This document shows positions 24,151 through 31,955 of a stretch of 32,000 bases of DNA, piece by piece. This stretch comes from Nitratidesulfovibrio vulgaris str. Hildenborough. GTDB taxonomy: Bacteria; Desulfobacterota; Desulfovibrionia; Desulfovibrionales; Desulfovibrionaceae. The position numbers and the translations under genes were made by a program. The stretch's first letter is position 1. Every line of letters starts with the position of its first letter. The stretch lies in NCBI RefSeq assembly GCF_000195755.1, contig NC_002937.3:3210001-3242000 (forward strand). The letters are read 5' to 3'. Below the pieces are notes generated by a model, which was given only the letters and a program-made list of their open reading frames with translations, did no database searches and was not told where the DNA came from.

Positions 24151-24265
24151 GTGCAACCGTGGCAAATGGCAAGAACCTGCATCGCGGGGTTGCGGCGGCA
24201 GGCCATGCATGGCAACGTGACGGCTGGCGGAAACGAGGCCCGACGCGTACAGCAGGAGAGTCACC

Positions 24266-25612
24266 ATGTCCTTCGAAACCGACATCATCGTCGCCGGAAC
24301 GGGACTCGCCGCCTATGCAGCCGCCATAGCCGCAGCGGAACGCACACCGCGCCTCTCTGTGACGCTGGTCGGGCGCCCCGGCCCCATCCCCCCCTCGGGC
24401 TCATTACGCCTTCTGGCACCCTCCGAGGATGCGGCACGCGAATGGTGTCTTGCGGCCCTGACGGAACTTTCCCAACCCGGGGCCTTCGAACCCGCGCTCG
24501 CATCCCTCATGGTCGACGAATCGCACGTCGCCGCTGATTTTCTCGCGGCAAGCGGCGTCGCCCTGCCACCCCGCTCACGCCTCCGGCTTGGTGGCGACTA
24601 CATCCCCCTGTGCCGCAGCATCCTCGATGCCGGGCCCATGGCAGAGGTCAAGGCGCGACTCCGCGCACGTGCCCTTGCCGCAGGGGTCGACATCCATGAA
24701 GGGCTGCGCCTTGTGACCATCGGTGCCGATGACGGCCCGCCGGGCAGCGCCATCTGCACAGACATGCACGACGAGACCGTCAGACTGCGGGCGCGCGCGG
24801 TCGTACTCGCAGAGAGAGGATGCGCCCCCCTCTTCGTCCCCGATGCGCAGCAGGATGTGGCCGCGGGGCTCGGCCTTGGGCTGTTGCGACAGACTCGCGC
24901 CGTTCTCGGCAATGCGGCATTCATCCAGATGGTCTGGCGGACCGTTGATGACGAGCCCTTCGACCTCGGCCTCGCCGCCGGTTCGCCCTCGTTCGAGGTC
25001 GCCGGACCGGGCGGCGTCTTCACACGCCTTCCGCGCCCCCTCGTGGCATTGGCATCCGAACGTGCCACCCACAAGGCTCATGCATGGAGTCGCGCCGACA
25101 ACGCCATCGACGTGCATCTCCTCGACTGCATGACCCCCGCCGGGGTCGTCAACATCCGCCATGAGAGACAGCCCCTGCGCATCGTCCCTGCAGTCGTTTC
25201 CGCCACCGGAGGTGCGCGCATCTCCGTCGACGGCGCTACGAATCTCACGGGACTCTATGCCTGCGGAGGCTGTGCCACTGGCATGTTCGGTGCTGATGTG
25301 CTGGAAGGCAGCCACGCCACGGCAGCCCTCGTATTCGGCATCCGCGCAGGCATCGGGGCCACACGCCACGCGTGCTCGGCCCTCATGCCACCGCCCCCGG
25401 AGCACCGCCCGCCCATGCCGCCACGGCGGCTACCGCTTCGGCTACGCGAGGCTCTCTTGCAGCACTGCCTTCCCGGGCACCGCCCCGGTCTTCAGGCGCT
25501 TATCGAACGCCTGCGGGCACTGGCATCCCTTCCCTCGCTCACGCCCCTCGAACACTGCCGCGTACTCTCCGCCCTGACGGTGGCCGAGTTCCGAAGCGCC
25601 CTTCTGCATTGA
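24266..25612 (+). CDS. FAD-dependent oxidoreductase of the NadB / succinate dehydrogenase-fumarate reductase flavoprotein fold. Short and divergent.
   Basis: The ATG is preceded by CAGGAG. The N-terminus has a dinucleotide-binding motif, DIIVAGTGLAAYAAAIAAA. Near the C-terminus is GGARISVDGATNLTGLYACGGCATGMFGADVLEGSHATAALVFG, which parallels GG..vD....T...GLYA.GE...G.HGANRL..NSL.E..VFG in NadB. The GANRL..NSL block is not conserved. Confidence 0.7.
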   Translation: MSFETDIIVAGTGLAAYAAAIAAAERTPRLSVTLVGRPGPIPPSGSLRLLAPSEDAAREWCLAALTELSQPGAFEPALASLMVDESHVAADFLAASGVALPPRSRLRLGGDYIPLCRSILDAGPMAEVKARLRARALAAGVDIHEGLRLVTIGADDGPPGSAICTDMHDETVRLRARAVVLAERGCAPLFVPDAQQDVAAGLGLGLLRQTRAVLGNAAFIQMVWRTVDDEPFDLGLAAGSPSFEVAGPGGVFTRLPRPLVALASERATHKAHAWSRADNAIDVHLLDCMTPAGVVNIRHERQPLRIVPAVVSATGGARISVDGATNLTGLYACGGCATGMFGADVLEGSHATAALVFGIRAGIGATRHACSALMPPPPEHRPPMPPRRLPLRLREALLQHCLPGHRPGLQALIERLRALASLPSLTPLEHCRVLSALTVAEFRSALLH

Positions 25613-25826
25613 TCGCTTGCGGCGCAGACCCATTTTCGTTCGTCATCGACGCAGGGCGCAGCAGTATGCGGGCCTTTCATTGCAGCCCCATGACCACTGG
25701 CACACGGGGCTGACAAGCCGCTGGCAGCAACCGGGAAACGCCCCTTCTGTACTTCAGGCGGTTCAGGAAGCATCTGTTCCGCCGCCTGCTGTTGACGCCG
25801 ATACACCGCGTGTGTAGGAGCGCGTC

Positions 25827-26474
25827 ATGTTGCTCGACCATATATTCATCTGCGTTGATGAGAACGCACCAGAAGCAGACGAGCTTGTCTTTCTTGGGCT
25901 GGCTGAGGGGACACCGAACCGTCACCGCGGACAGGGCACGGCCAATCGACGCTTTTTCCTGCCCGGTGTGATGCTCGAACTATTGTGGGTTGCCGATCTC
26001 AATGAACTTCAAAGTGTTACGACCCGCACTCTCGGACTGGCAGACCGATTCGCTGCCCGGAAGGATGGCGGGTCGCCCTTTGGCTTTGTATTCAAGCCGA
26101 AGAATCCCCGAATCGGAAACAGCTGTCCTTTTCCCTTCCGCAGTTACCACCCCGCCTACCTGCCCGAGACTCTCGACATGAAGGTTGCTGACGCAACACC
26201 GCGTATCGAGCCACTCTATGTCTTCATCGACTTTCTTCCCGCATCGTGCAGCACAGCCCAACACCACCCTTGCGGGATTGAAAGGCTGACAAGTGTGCAC
26301 GTTACCTTTCCCGCGCAAGGTGCACCTTCACCGGTTGCTCGCATGATTGACAGCCTACCGGGCATGTCAGCGCGCGTGGGGAGGGAGCACCTTCTGGAAC
26401 TGTGCTTTGATGACGGCAAACGTGGCGTTCGGCACGATTTTCGTAATCGCCTGCCTCTGATCATCCGCTGGTAG
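25827..26474 (+). CDS. Hypothetical protein, possibly of the glyoxalase-like (VOC, Glyoxalase_3-type) fold. GC content is noticeably lower than in neighbouring genes.
   Basis: The ATG is preceded by GGAG. The N-terminal LLDHIFICV...GTANRRFFLPGVMLELLWV resembles the LDH..i.v...G..N....f.....LEl pattern that I recall for the Glyoxalase_3 domain. A/T-ending codons are frequent compared with neighbours. Confidence 0.5.
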   Translation: MLLDHIFICVDENAPEADELVFLGLAEGTPNRHRGQGTANRRFFLPGVMLELLWVADLNELQSVTTRTLGLADRFAARKDGGSPFGFVFKPKNPRIGNSCPFPFRSYHPAYLPETLDMKVADATPRIEPLYVFIDFLPASCSTAQHHPCGIERLTSVHVTFPAQGAPSPVARMIDSLPGMSARVGREHLLELCFDDGKRGVRHDFRNRLPLIIRW

Positions 26475-26485
26475 GATATAACGAT

Positions 26486-26509
26486 GAAGCCCCCCTTACG
26501 GGGGGCTTC
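26486..26509. terminator. GC-rich hairpin between the convergent glyoxalase-like gene and rdl. Likely a bidirectional terminator.
   Basis: GAAGCCCCCC-ttac-GGGGGGCTTC, a perfect 10-bp stem. It lies 12 nt after the stop at 26474 and 9 nt after the rdl stop at 26518. There is no strong U-tract on either side. Confidence 0.5.
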
Positions 26510-26517
26510 ACTATCGA

Positions 26518-26745
26518 TCACTTGTCGGTCGGCATCTCGCATTGCGGCTGTTCGGTCGAACCGGGACCAGCCAACGGGCGGAAGCACTTCTTGGTGGCTT
26601 TGCAGATGGGGCAACGCCACTCGTCGGGCAGGTCTTCGAAGCGCGTTCCCGGGGGAACCTTGCCGCGCTTGTCTCCACGGTCGGGGTCATAGACATATCC
26701 ACAGTTGACGGTCTGGCAGCGCCACATGTCTTCAGGGTTCGCCAT
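26518..26745 (-). CDS. rdl: Rubredoxin-like protein Rdl (CX4C ... CX2C iron site).
   Basis: 75-aa ORF with WRCQTVNCGYVYDPDRGD...PPGTRFEDLPDEWRCPICKATKKCF. This is the rubredoxin fold with the atypical first Cys pair spacing (C-Q-T-V-N-C) described for D. vulgaris Rdl. It sits immediately downstream of rbr. Confidence 0.9.
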   Translation of the reverse strand: MANPEDMWRCQTVNCGYVYDPDRGDKRGKVPPGTRFEDLPDEWRCPICKATKKCFRPLAGPGSTEQPQCEMPTDK

Positions 26746-26763
26746 GTTCCCTCCCGTTGGTTG

Positions 26764-27339
26764 TTACCAGTTGATGCCGAGGAGTTCGAAGTGCGCCTTG
26801 GGGTGCGCACAGGCGGGGCACAGTTCAGGAGCCCCGGTGCCCTCGTGCACATAGCCACAGTTGCGGCAGCGCCATTTGGTGGCCTGTTCGCGCAGGAACA
26901 CTCTTCCTTCCTTGATGTTGCGTGCGAAATCGAGGAAGCGCTTCTCGTGGAATTCTTCAGCGACGGCGATGCTGGCGAAGACGCGGGCGATTTCCTCGTA
27001 GCCCTCTTCGCGTGCGATGCGGGCGAACGAGGGGTACATCTCCGTGTACTCGTGATGCTCACCCGCAGCCGAGGCGATGAGGTTCGCATGGGTGTCAGCG
27101 ATGATGCCCGCAGGGAATGCGGCTACGATTTCAAGGTCGCCACCTTCGAGGAACTTGAAGAGACGCTTGGCGTGTTCGCGCTCCTGGTCGGCCGTTTCCG
27201 CGAAGATGTCGGAAATCTGGACGAAGCCGTCCTTCTTGGCCTGACCGCCGAAGTAGTTGTAGCGGTTACGAGCCTGAGATTCACCGGCGAACGCGGTGAG
27301 AATGTTCTTTTCGGTGCGTGAGCCCTTGAGCGATTTCAT
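26764..27339 (-). CDS. rbr: Rubrerythrin.
   Basis: MKSLKGSRTEKNILTAFAGESQARNRYNYF...EHAKRLF...EHHEYTEMYP...EEFHEKRF are the diiron four-helix-bundle ligands. The C-terminal rubredoxin-like domain is WRCRNCGYVHEG...CPACAHPK. I recognise the sequence as D. vulgaris Rbr from memory. I preferred the second of two adjacent ATGs, based on SD spacing and the known MKSLKG N-terminus. Confidence 0.95.
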   Translation of the reverse strand: MKSLKGSRTEKNILTAFAGESQARNRYNYFGGQAKKDGFVQISDIFAETADQEREHAKRLFKFLEGGDLEIVAAFPAGIIADTHANLIASAAGEHHEYTEMYPSFARIAREEGYEEIARVFASIAVAEEFHEKRFLDFARNIKEGRVFLREQATKWRCRNCGYVHEGTGAPELCPACAHPKAHFELLGINW

Positions 27340-27383
27340 CATGCCTCCTGATGAGCGGGATGAGGTTGGAGGGATGCGATTGG

Positions 27384-27770
27384 TCAGCTATGTGCTGTGC
27401 AATGGTCGCAAATGCCTTCGAATTCTACACGAGCCGTCAGAATGGTAAAGCCTTTTGCAGCTGCCCGTTCAGGTTGTGGCACATCAAGAGGGTGCATCAC
27501 GTCACCCACGCGGCCGCAACGTATGCAGCGGACATGCTGATGATGCATGGTATTGCCGTCGAAACGCTTTTGCGTCCCGGCAGCTTCCAGTCGCAGTATC
27601 TCTCCCGACTCCGCGAGCAGGTCGAGATTCCTGTAGACCGTACCAAGGCTGATGCGCGGGATGCGCGACCTCACCATGGCATAGATCTCGTCCGCAGTGG
27701 GATGCGTATCGACCTTGCGCAGTTCTTCAAGAATGACCATGCGTTGCTTGGTCATACGGGTTTGAGACAT
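27384..27770 (-). CDS. perR: Fur-family peroxide-responsive repressor (PerR-type).
   Basis: 128-aa ORF with GGAGG 5 nt upstream. It has the Fur-family helix-turn-helix region RMTKQRMVILEEL...HPTADEIYAMVR...ISLGTVYRNLDLL. Metal ligand blocks are HHQHVRCIRCGRV and CDHC. It is the first gene of the rbr-rdl unit. Confidence 0.85.
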   Translation of the reverse strand: MSQTRMTKQRMVILEELRKVDTHPTADEIYAMVRSRIPRISLGTVYRNLDLLAESGEILRLEAAGTQKRFDGNTMHHQHVRCIRCGRVGDVMHPLDVPQPERAAAKGFTILTARVEFEGICDHCTAHS

Positions 27771-27780
27771 GCGAACCTCC

Positions 27781-27805
27781 GTAAATTTACCAGTAACAAT
27801 TACTG
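27781..27805. promoter_or_regulatory. Candidate PerR operator(s): inverted repeat CAGTAA-N3-TTACTG overlapping the -10 element, plus an adjacent perfect palindrome GTAAATTTAC.
   Basis: CAGTAACAATTACTG lies at 27791-27805 and GTAAATTTAC at 27781-27790, both read directly. Both sit between the -35 element and the SD of perR. Fur-family operators are AT-rich inverted repeats. Confidence 0.45.
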
Positions 27806-27825
27806 ATATTGGAGGAGACTGTCAA
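27797..27825 (-). promoter_or_regulatory. Sigma-70-type promoter of perR-rbr-rdl (TTGACA-N17-TAATTG).
   Basis: The minus strand reads TTGACA (27825-27820), gtctcctccaatatcag (17 nt), TAATTG (27802-27797). It lies about 27 nt upstream of the perR ATG, in an AT-rich patch. Confidence 0.5.
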
Positions 27826-28095
27826 GCCCGCTGACGGGCTGTCGTATCACGAGTGACATCGTAAGGATAAACACGAGCAGCCCGCCACCCCGGCACATGC
27901 GGAAAGGAGCGAGGCAAGAGGCCGGTGCACACGACTGCACAGCGAAAGTGACGAAGACGCCCGCCTGTTCAGCGGGCATCCTGAGAGTTCCAAGGGCGTC
28001 GGCCTCGTGGATGGAGGGCGCGACCATCCCCCACCCTGCCCGTAGCCTCACCGGACAGCGTCTCCGCGCTGGACACGAGAAGAGGCCGAAAAGGC

Positions 28096-29415
28096 CTAGC
28101 TGCCGGACAGGTCGGGGCGAAGTTCGCCGAGAGAGGCGTACAGTTGGGCCAGCGCGACGAGGTAATCGGCCTTGGCTCCCGTCAGCCCGGCTTCAGCTGC
28201 TGTGAGCTTGGCCTGGGCATCGAGCACGTCGGTATTCGTACCGACCTGCGCCTGATAACGGGCGAGCGCCATACGGTAGGCCTCATGCGCCTGATCAAGG
28301 GCCTTGTGGGCGACCACGATGCGCTTGCCCGATTCGGATATGGCGAGAAGGCGCGACTTCACTTCATAGGCTATCTCCTGACGGAGATTGGCCTCGTCGG
28401 CGCGCACCTTGGATTCGATCTGCTTGGCCTGCTGCACCCCGTAGTATGTGCGGCCCCACTCGAAGACATTCATGGAGGCGGTGACATTGGTCGACCATTG
28501 CGTATACCCGGTCCTGTCCAGTGTGCTGCCGGACGCTTCGGGATGGTCGCCCTGCGTTGCCCAGTCGAACCCTGCGGAGACCTGTGGATAGTATCCGCTG
28601 GAGGCGATGGTGGTGTCCTTTCCTGCAATCTCGATGGCCTTGGCGGCCATGTGCATGTCAGGACGCTGACGGTACGCCTGTTCGAGGCACGCCTCGAAGG
28701 GGCGCGTGAAGGGCCGGTATTCGAGCGTGCCCGAGAAGGACGAGGCCGTCTCGACCGGCAGCGCAAGAAGCGTGTTGAGGCGGGCCTTCTGCGTATCAAG
28801 GGCGTTCTCGGCCTTGATGAAATCGGTTTCGGCCTTGGAGAGGTCCACCTCGGCCTGAAGGACATCGAGACGGGGCCGAAGCCCGACATCATAGAACGCC
28901 TGCGTCACCTTGAGCTGGTCGCGGAGTCGTACAAGGGCGTCGTTGGCGCTTCGTACATCCTGCTGCGCCTTGAGATAGGTGAGAAACGCCTGCTGTACCG
29001 CGAGGGCGAGCGTGAGCCGCGTCTTTGAAAGTTCGGCCTCCTTGCGGTCCTTCTCCAGCGCAGCCTTCTGGTAGGTCGAAAGGATGTTGAAACCTGTGAA
29101 GAGAGGTTGGCGAACTCCCATAGTCCACGTATAGGTGTCGTTATCAAGTTCACGCCCGAAGGTGACCGGCTTCTCGTCCAGCCGCTTGTACCCGTAAGTG
29201 GTGGACAGGGCGGGTCCGAAGGCGCCTCTTGCAGACTTGCGGCCCTCTTCCGCGGCATCACGCGCCGCGCCGGAGGATACCACGCCCTGATTGTCGCGTA
29301 GCGCCTTCTCTACGGCAGAAGCCATGTCATAGTCGTCTCCGGCGAGGGCTGCCGAGGTGAAGCCTGATAGGAGGATGCAGACTGCCATGAGGCTGCGGAA
29401 GATTCGACGGGGCAT
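28096..29415 (-). CDS. TolC-family outer membrane efflux protein.
   Basis: Start chosen at MPRRIFRSLMAVCILLSGFTSAALA (complement of 29413-29415), with GGAG 7 nt upstream. This gives a signal peptide. The rest consists of two repeated long coiled-coil/beta segments typical of OEP/TolC proteins (LSTTYGYKRLDE..., NILSTYQKAALEKDRKEAEL..., VQQAFLTYLKAQQ..., LDVLQAEVDLSKAE..., TDVLDAQAKLTAAEAGLTGAKADYLVALAQL). Confidence 0.85.
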   Translation of the reverse strand: MPRRIFRSLMAVCILLSGFTSAALAGDDYDMASAVEKALRDNQGVVSSGAARDAAEEGRKSARGAFGPALSTTYGYKRLDEKPVTFGRELDNDTYTWTMGVRQPLFTGFNILSTYQKAALEKDRKEAELSKTRLTLALAVQQAFLTYLKAQQDVRSANDALVRLRDQLKVTQAFYDVGLRPRLDVLQAEVDLSKAETDFIKAENALDTQKARLNTLLALPVETASSFSGTLEYRPFTRPFEACLEQAYRQRPDMHMAAKAIEIAGKDTTIASSGYYPQVSAGFDWATQGDHPEASGSTLDRTGYTQWSTNVTASMNVFEWGRTYYGVQQAKQIESKVRADEANLRQEIAYEVKSRLLAISESGKRIVVAHKALDQAHEAYRMALARYQAQVGTNTDVLDAQAKLTAAEAGLTGAKADYLVALAQLYASLGELRPDLSGS

Positions 29416-29798
29416 GACGGGCTCCTTGACGGCGGACTGATGAGACTTCGACAGCACTGGCGTATGCGTCGACAGGGACTATAGCAAGAGGCTTTCCGGC
29501 CTGTCCATCGTCCGTCAGTGCAACGTTCAGGCCGAAACGGACAGGGCCGCCATGGCATGTCCCGGCGGTGCGCCGGGCCAGCGCTTCCTCCGCCTTGCAG
29601 CATACCGCCCCGTCCGTGGCACGGGATTGCCGAACAATCTATGTAACGAATTGCCGGAAAGGGCCATTTCCCCATTGCAACGCGCGCCCGACGCGCATAT
29701 GTGGAGTGCGGAAGACGGTGCCCCCGTCTCCCGCAACGCATACCATAAAGAATGACCCCGAAAAGCCGCCTTCAGGGCGCGGGGGTGGAGTCGTAAGG

Positions 29799-30491
29799 AT
29801 GGAGAACAATTTCTTCCAGATCATCGGCCAGGCCACACTGGTGGCCAAGTTCGTGCTGGCGCTGCTGGTGCTCATGTCGATAGGCAGCTGGTCGCTCATG
29901 TTCCAGAAGCTGTTCGCGCTCCGGGCGGCCCGCCGCAAGGCGGAGGACGGGCTGGAGCGCTTCCTGCGGGCACGCGACCTGCGCGAGGCCGTGCAGTCCC
30001 TCGGCGGTGACGCCACGTCGCCCCTGTACCATGTGGCACAGCAGGGTGTCGCCGAGTTCAACCGCCTCAAGGAGATGGGCAACTCGGGCGAGGTCGTGGC
30101 CGACAACGTGCGCCGTGCCCTGCGACAGGGCGTGGCCAACGAGATGAGCAGCCTGTCGTCATCGCTCTCCTTCCTCGCCACTGCGGCCAACACCGCACCG
30201 TTCATCGGCCTCTTCGGCACGGTATGGGGCATCATGCACTCGTTCCATGCCATCGGCATGATGAAGAGCGCCTCTCTGGCCACTGTCGCACCGGGCATCT
30301 CCGAAGCCCTCATCGCCACAGCCATCGGCCTTGCCGTGGCCATTCCCGCCACCGTCGGCTACAACGTGTTCCTCGGCATGCTGGCGGGCATCGAAGTGCA
30401 GGTGGTCAACTTCGCGGGTGTGTTCCTGAACCGCGTACAGCGTGAGTTGAACGCCCACCGCGGGGCCCGTGCAGCTCACGGCGAGCACTAG
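29799..30491 (+). CDS. tolQ: TolQ/ExbB (MotA/TolQ/ExbB proton-channel family).
   Basis: Start at ATG 29799 (MENNFFQIIGQATLVAKFVLALLVLMSIGSW), preceded by AAGG. The conserved C-terminal block is LSFLATAANTAPFIGLFGTVWGIMHSF...ATVAPGISEALIATAIGLAVAIPA. The upstream part of the track ORF is not coding-like. Confidence 0.9.
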   Translation: MENNFFQIIGQATLVAKFVLALLVLMSIGSWSLMFQKLFALRAARRKAEDGLERFLRARDLREAVQSLGGDATSPLYHVAQQGVAEFNRLKEMGNSGEVVADNVRRALRQGVANEMSSLSSSLSFLATAANTAPFIGLFGTVWGIMHSFHAIGMMKSASLATVAPGISEALIATAIGLAVAIPATVGYNVFLGMLAGIEVQVVNFAGVFLNRVQRELNAHRGARAAHGEH

Positions 30492-30500
30492 GAGCGATCC

Positions 30501-30920
30501 ATGGGTGCCTCTGTAGGCAACAAGGGCGGCTTCGTCGCCGAAATCAACGTCACGCCCTTCGTGGACGTGATGCTCGTTCTGCTCATCATCTTCATGGTCA
30601 CCGCGCCCATGATGTCCGAAGGACTCGAGGTGGACCTGCCGCAGACCCGTACCGTCGAGGTACTGCCCACCGACAGCGATCATCTCGTGCTCACCATCCG
30701 CAAGGACGGCGTGATGTACCTCGACGAATACAAGGTCGTACCCGAAGAACTCGAAGACTACCTGCGTAGGCTCGTCAAGGAGAAGAACAAGACCCTCTTC
30801 CTCCATGCGGACAAGGACGTGCCCTACGGGGTCGTCGTTGACGTCATGGGACGCATCAAGGGGGCTGGCATCGAGAAGCTCGGCGTCGTGGCAGAGCGGG
30901 AAGACCCGAAGAAGAAATAG
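30501..30920 (+). CDS. tolR: TolR/ExbD biopolymer transport protein.
   Basis: 139-aa ORF with GGAG upstream. The family-typical block is EINVTPFVDVMLVLLIIFMVTAPMM...VDLP, with ...LHADKDVPYGVVVDVMGRIKGAGI further downstream. Confidence 0.9.
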   Translation: MGASVGNKGGFVAEINVTPFVDVMLVLLIIFMVTAPMMSEGLEVDLPQTRTVEVLPTDSDHLVLTIRKDGVMYLDEYKVVPEELEDYLRRLVKEKNKTLFLHADKDVPYGVVVDVMGRIKGAGIEKLGVVAEREDPKKK

Positions 30921-30929
30921 GACGCCGCC

Positions 30930-31955
30930 ATGCGCGCAACCAGCTTTCTGCTTTCGCTCGGCCTGCACTGTTCCGTGCTGTTGCTGGTGATATTCTGGCC
31001 CGATTCGGCGCCGATACGCCTCGACCAGCCGGTCTACCAGGTGAGCCTCGTCAGCCTCGGCGACCCGGGCGGCAATCGCGTACCCAACGCGCTGCCGGGG
31101 CCTGCCGGACCGCCGGCGCAGGCCAAGGCCGAACCGAAACCCACTCCGGGGCCGGAAAAGCCCGATGCCCCGGCCATCGCCGCCCCCAAGGCGGAGAAGA
31201 AACCGGAACCCAAGCCCGAGCCGAAGCCCGAACCCAAGCCTCAGCCCAAACCGGAACCCAAGCCCGAGCCCAAGGTCGAACCGAAGCCCGAACCCAAGGC
31301 CCAGCCGAAGCCAGAACCGGACGCCAAGGCCATCAGCGAGAAGAAGAAGGACGAGCCCAAGAAGCCCGAACCCGAGACCTCGAAGGATGCCAAGGATACG
31401 AAGAAGGCCGTAGCGGGCAAGGACGACGCCAAGGACAAGGCCAAGACCGAAGGCAAACCAGCGCCCAGCAAGGATGACATCCTCAAGCAGGCGCTCGCCG
31501 ACGCGCAGGGTAAGGCCGGAAGCACCGGAACGGCCCAGAAATCATCAGGAACAGGCGGCAAGACCGCCGGTGGTTCAGTGAACAACGCCCTCGCCGAGAT
31601 GCAGAAGATGGCCGCCGCTGGCGGCGGTGGCGGCGGCGGTGGCGAAGGTCACGGTTCCGGAGGAGGCGGCGTGGGCGATGTGTATATCGGTCAGGTCATG
31701 GCCATCGTACGGCAGAACTGGGAATTTCCGCAGCTCGCAAGCCGTCAGGACCTTCAGGTGCGCGTGCGCGTCACAGTGGACGCTTCCGGGCGTATCGCCG
31801 ACGCCAAGCTCGAAGGGTCTTCCGGCCGTCCCGACTTTGACGCCTCCGCACTGAAAGCCCTGCACAAGACGCAGATGCTGCCGCCTCCTCCCAAGGAGGA
31901 GTTCCGGGACCTGCTGCTGGTGTTCAACCTCAACGACATGATGGGCAAACGCTAG
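30930..31955 (+). CDS. TonB C-terminal-domain protein in the TolA position. It has an N-terminal membrane anchor, a long (E/Q)PKP repeat spacer, a Lys/Asp-rich segment and a poly-Gly run.
   Basis: The anchor is FLLSLGLHCSVLLLVIFW. The repeat is KPEPKPEPKPEPKPQPKPEPKPEPKVEPKPEPKAQPKPEP. The C-terminus YIGQVMAIVRQNWEFP...VRVRVTVDASGRIADAKLEGSSGRPDFDASALKALHK is TonB_C/TolA-like. The gene order is tolQ-tolR-this gene. Confidence 0.8.
   Translation: MRATSFLLSLGLHCSVLLLVIFWPDSAPIRLDQPVYQVSLVSLGDPGGNRVPNALPGPAGPPAQAKAEPKPTPGPEKPDAPAIAAPKAEKKPEPKPEPKPEPKPQPKPEPKPEPKVEPKPEPKAQPKPEPDAKAISEKKKDEPKKPEPETSKDAKDTKKAVAGKDDAKDKAKTEGKPAPSKDDILKQALADAQGKAGSTGTAQKSSGTGGKTAGGSVNNALAEMQKMAAAGGGGGGGGEGHGSGGGGVGDVYIGQVMAIVRQNWEFPQLASRQDLQVRVRVTVDASGRIADAKLEGSSGRPDFDASALKALHKTQMLPPPPKEEFRDLLLVFNLNDMMGKR
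31200..31319 (+). repeat. In-frame (E/Q)PKP coding repeat inside the TonB/TolA-like gene.
   Basis: About 10 consecutive 12-nt units (ccggaacccaag / cccgagccgaag and similar), read directly. Confidence 0.85.

Noticed and set aside
23793-24215. Upstream 140-aa extension of the FadL-family ORF (track start at 24215).
   Set aside because: The extension is Cys/Arg-rich and would bury the signal peptide. A very strong SD precedes the internal GTG at 23792, which yields a canonical signal peptide.
29617-29631. TGGCACGGGATTGCC upstream of tolQ, which looks at first glance like a strong sigma-54 -24/-12 promoter.
   Set aside because: The GG and GC dinucleotides are separated by 9 nt instead of the invariant 10 nt. 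That spacing normally abolishes sigma-54 promoter function.
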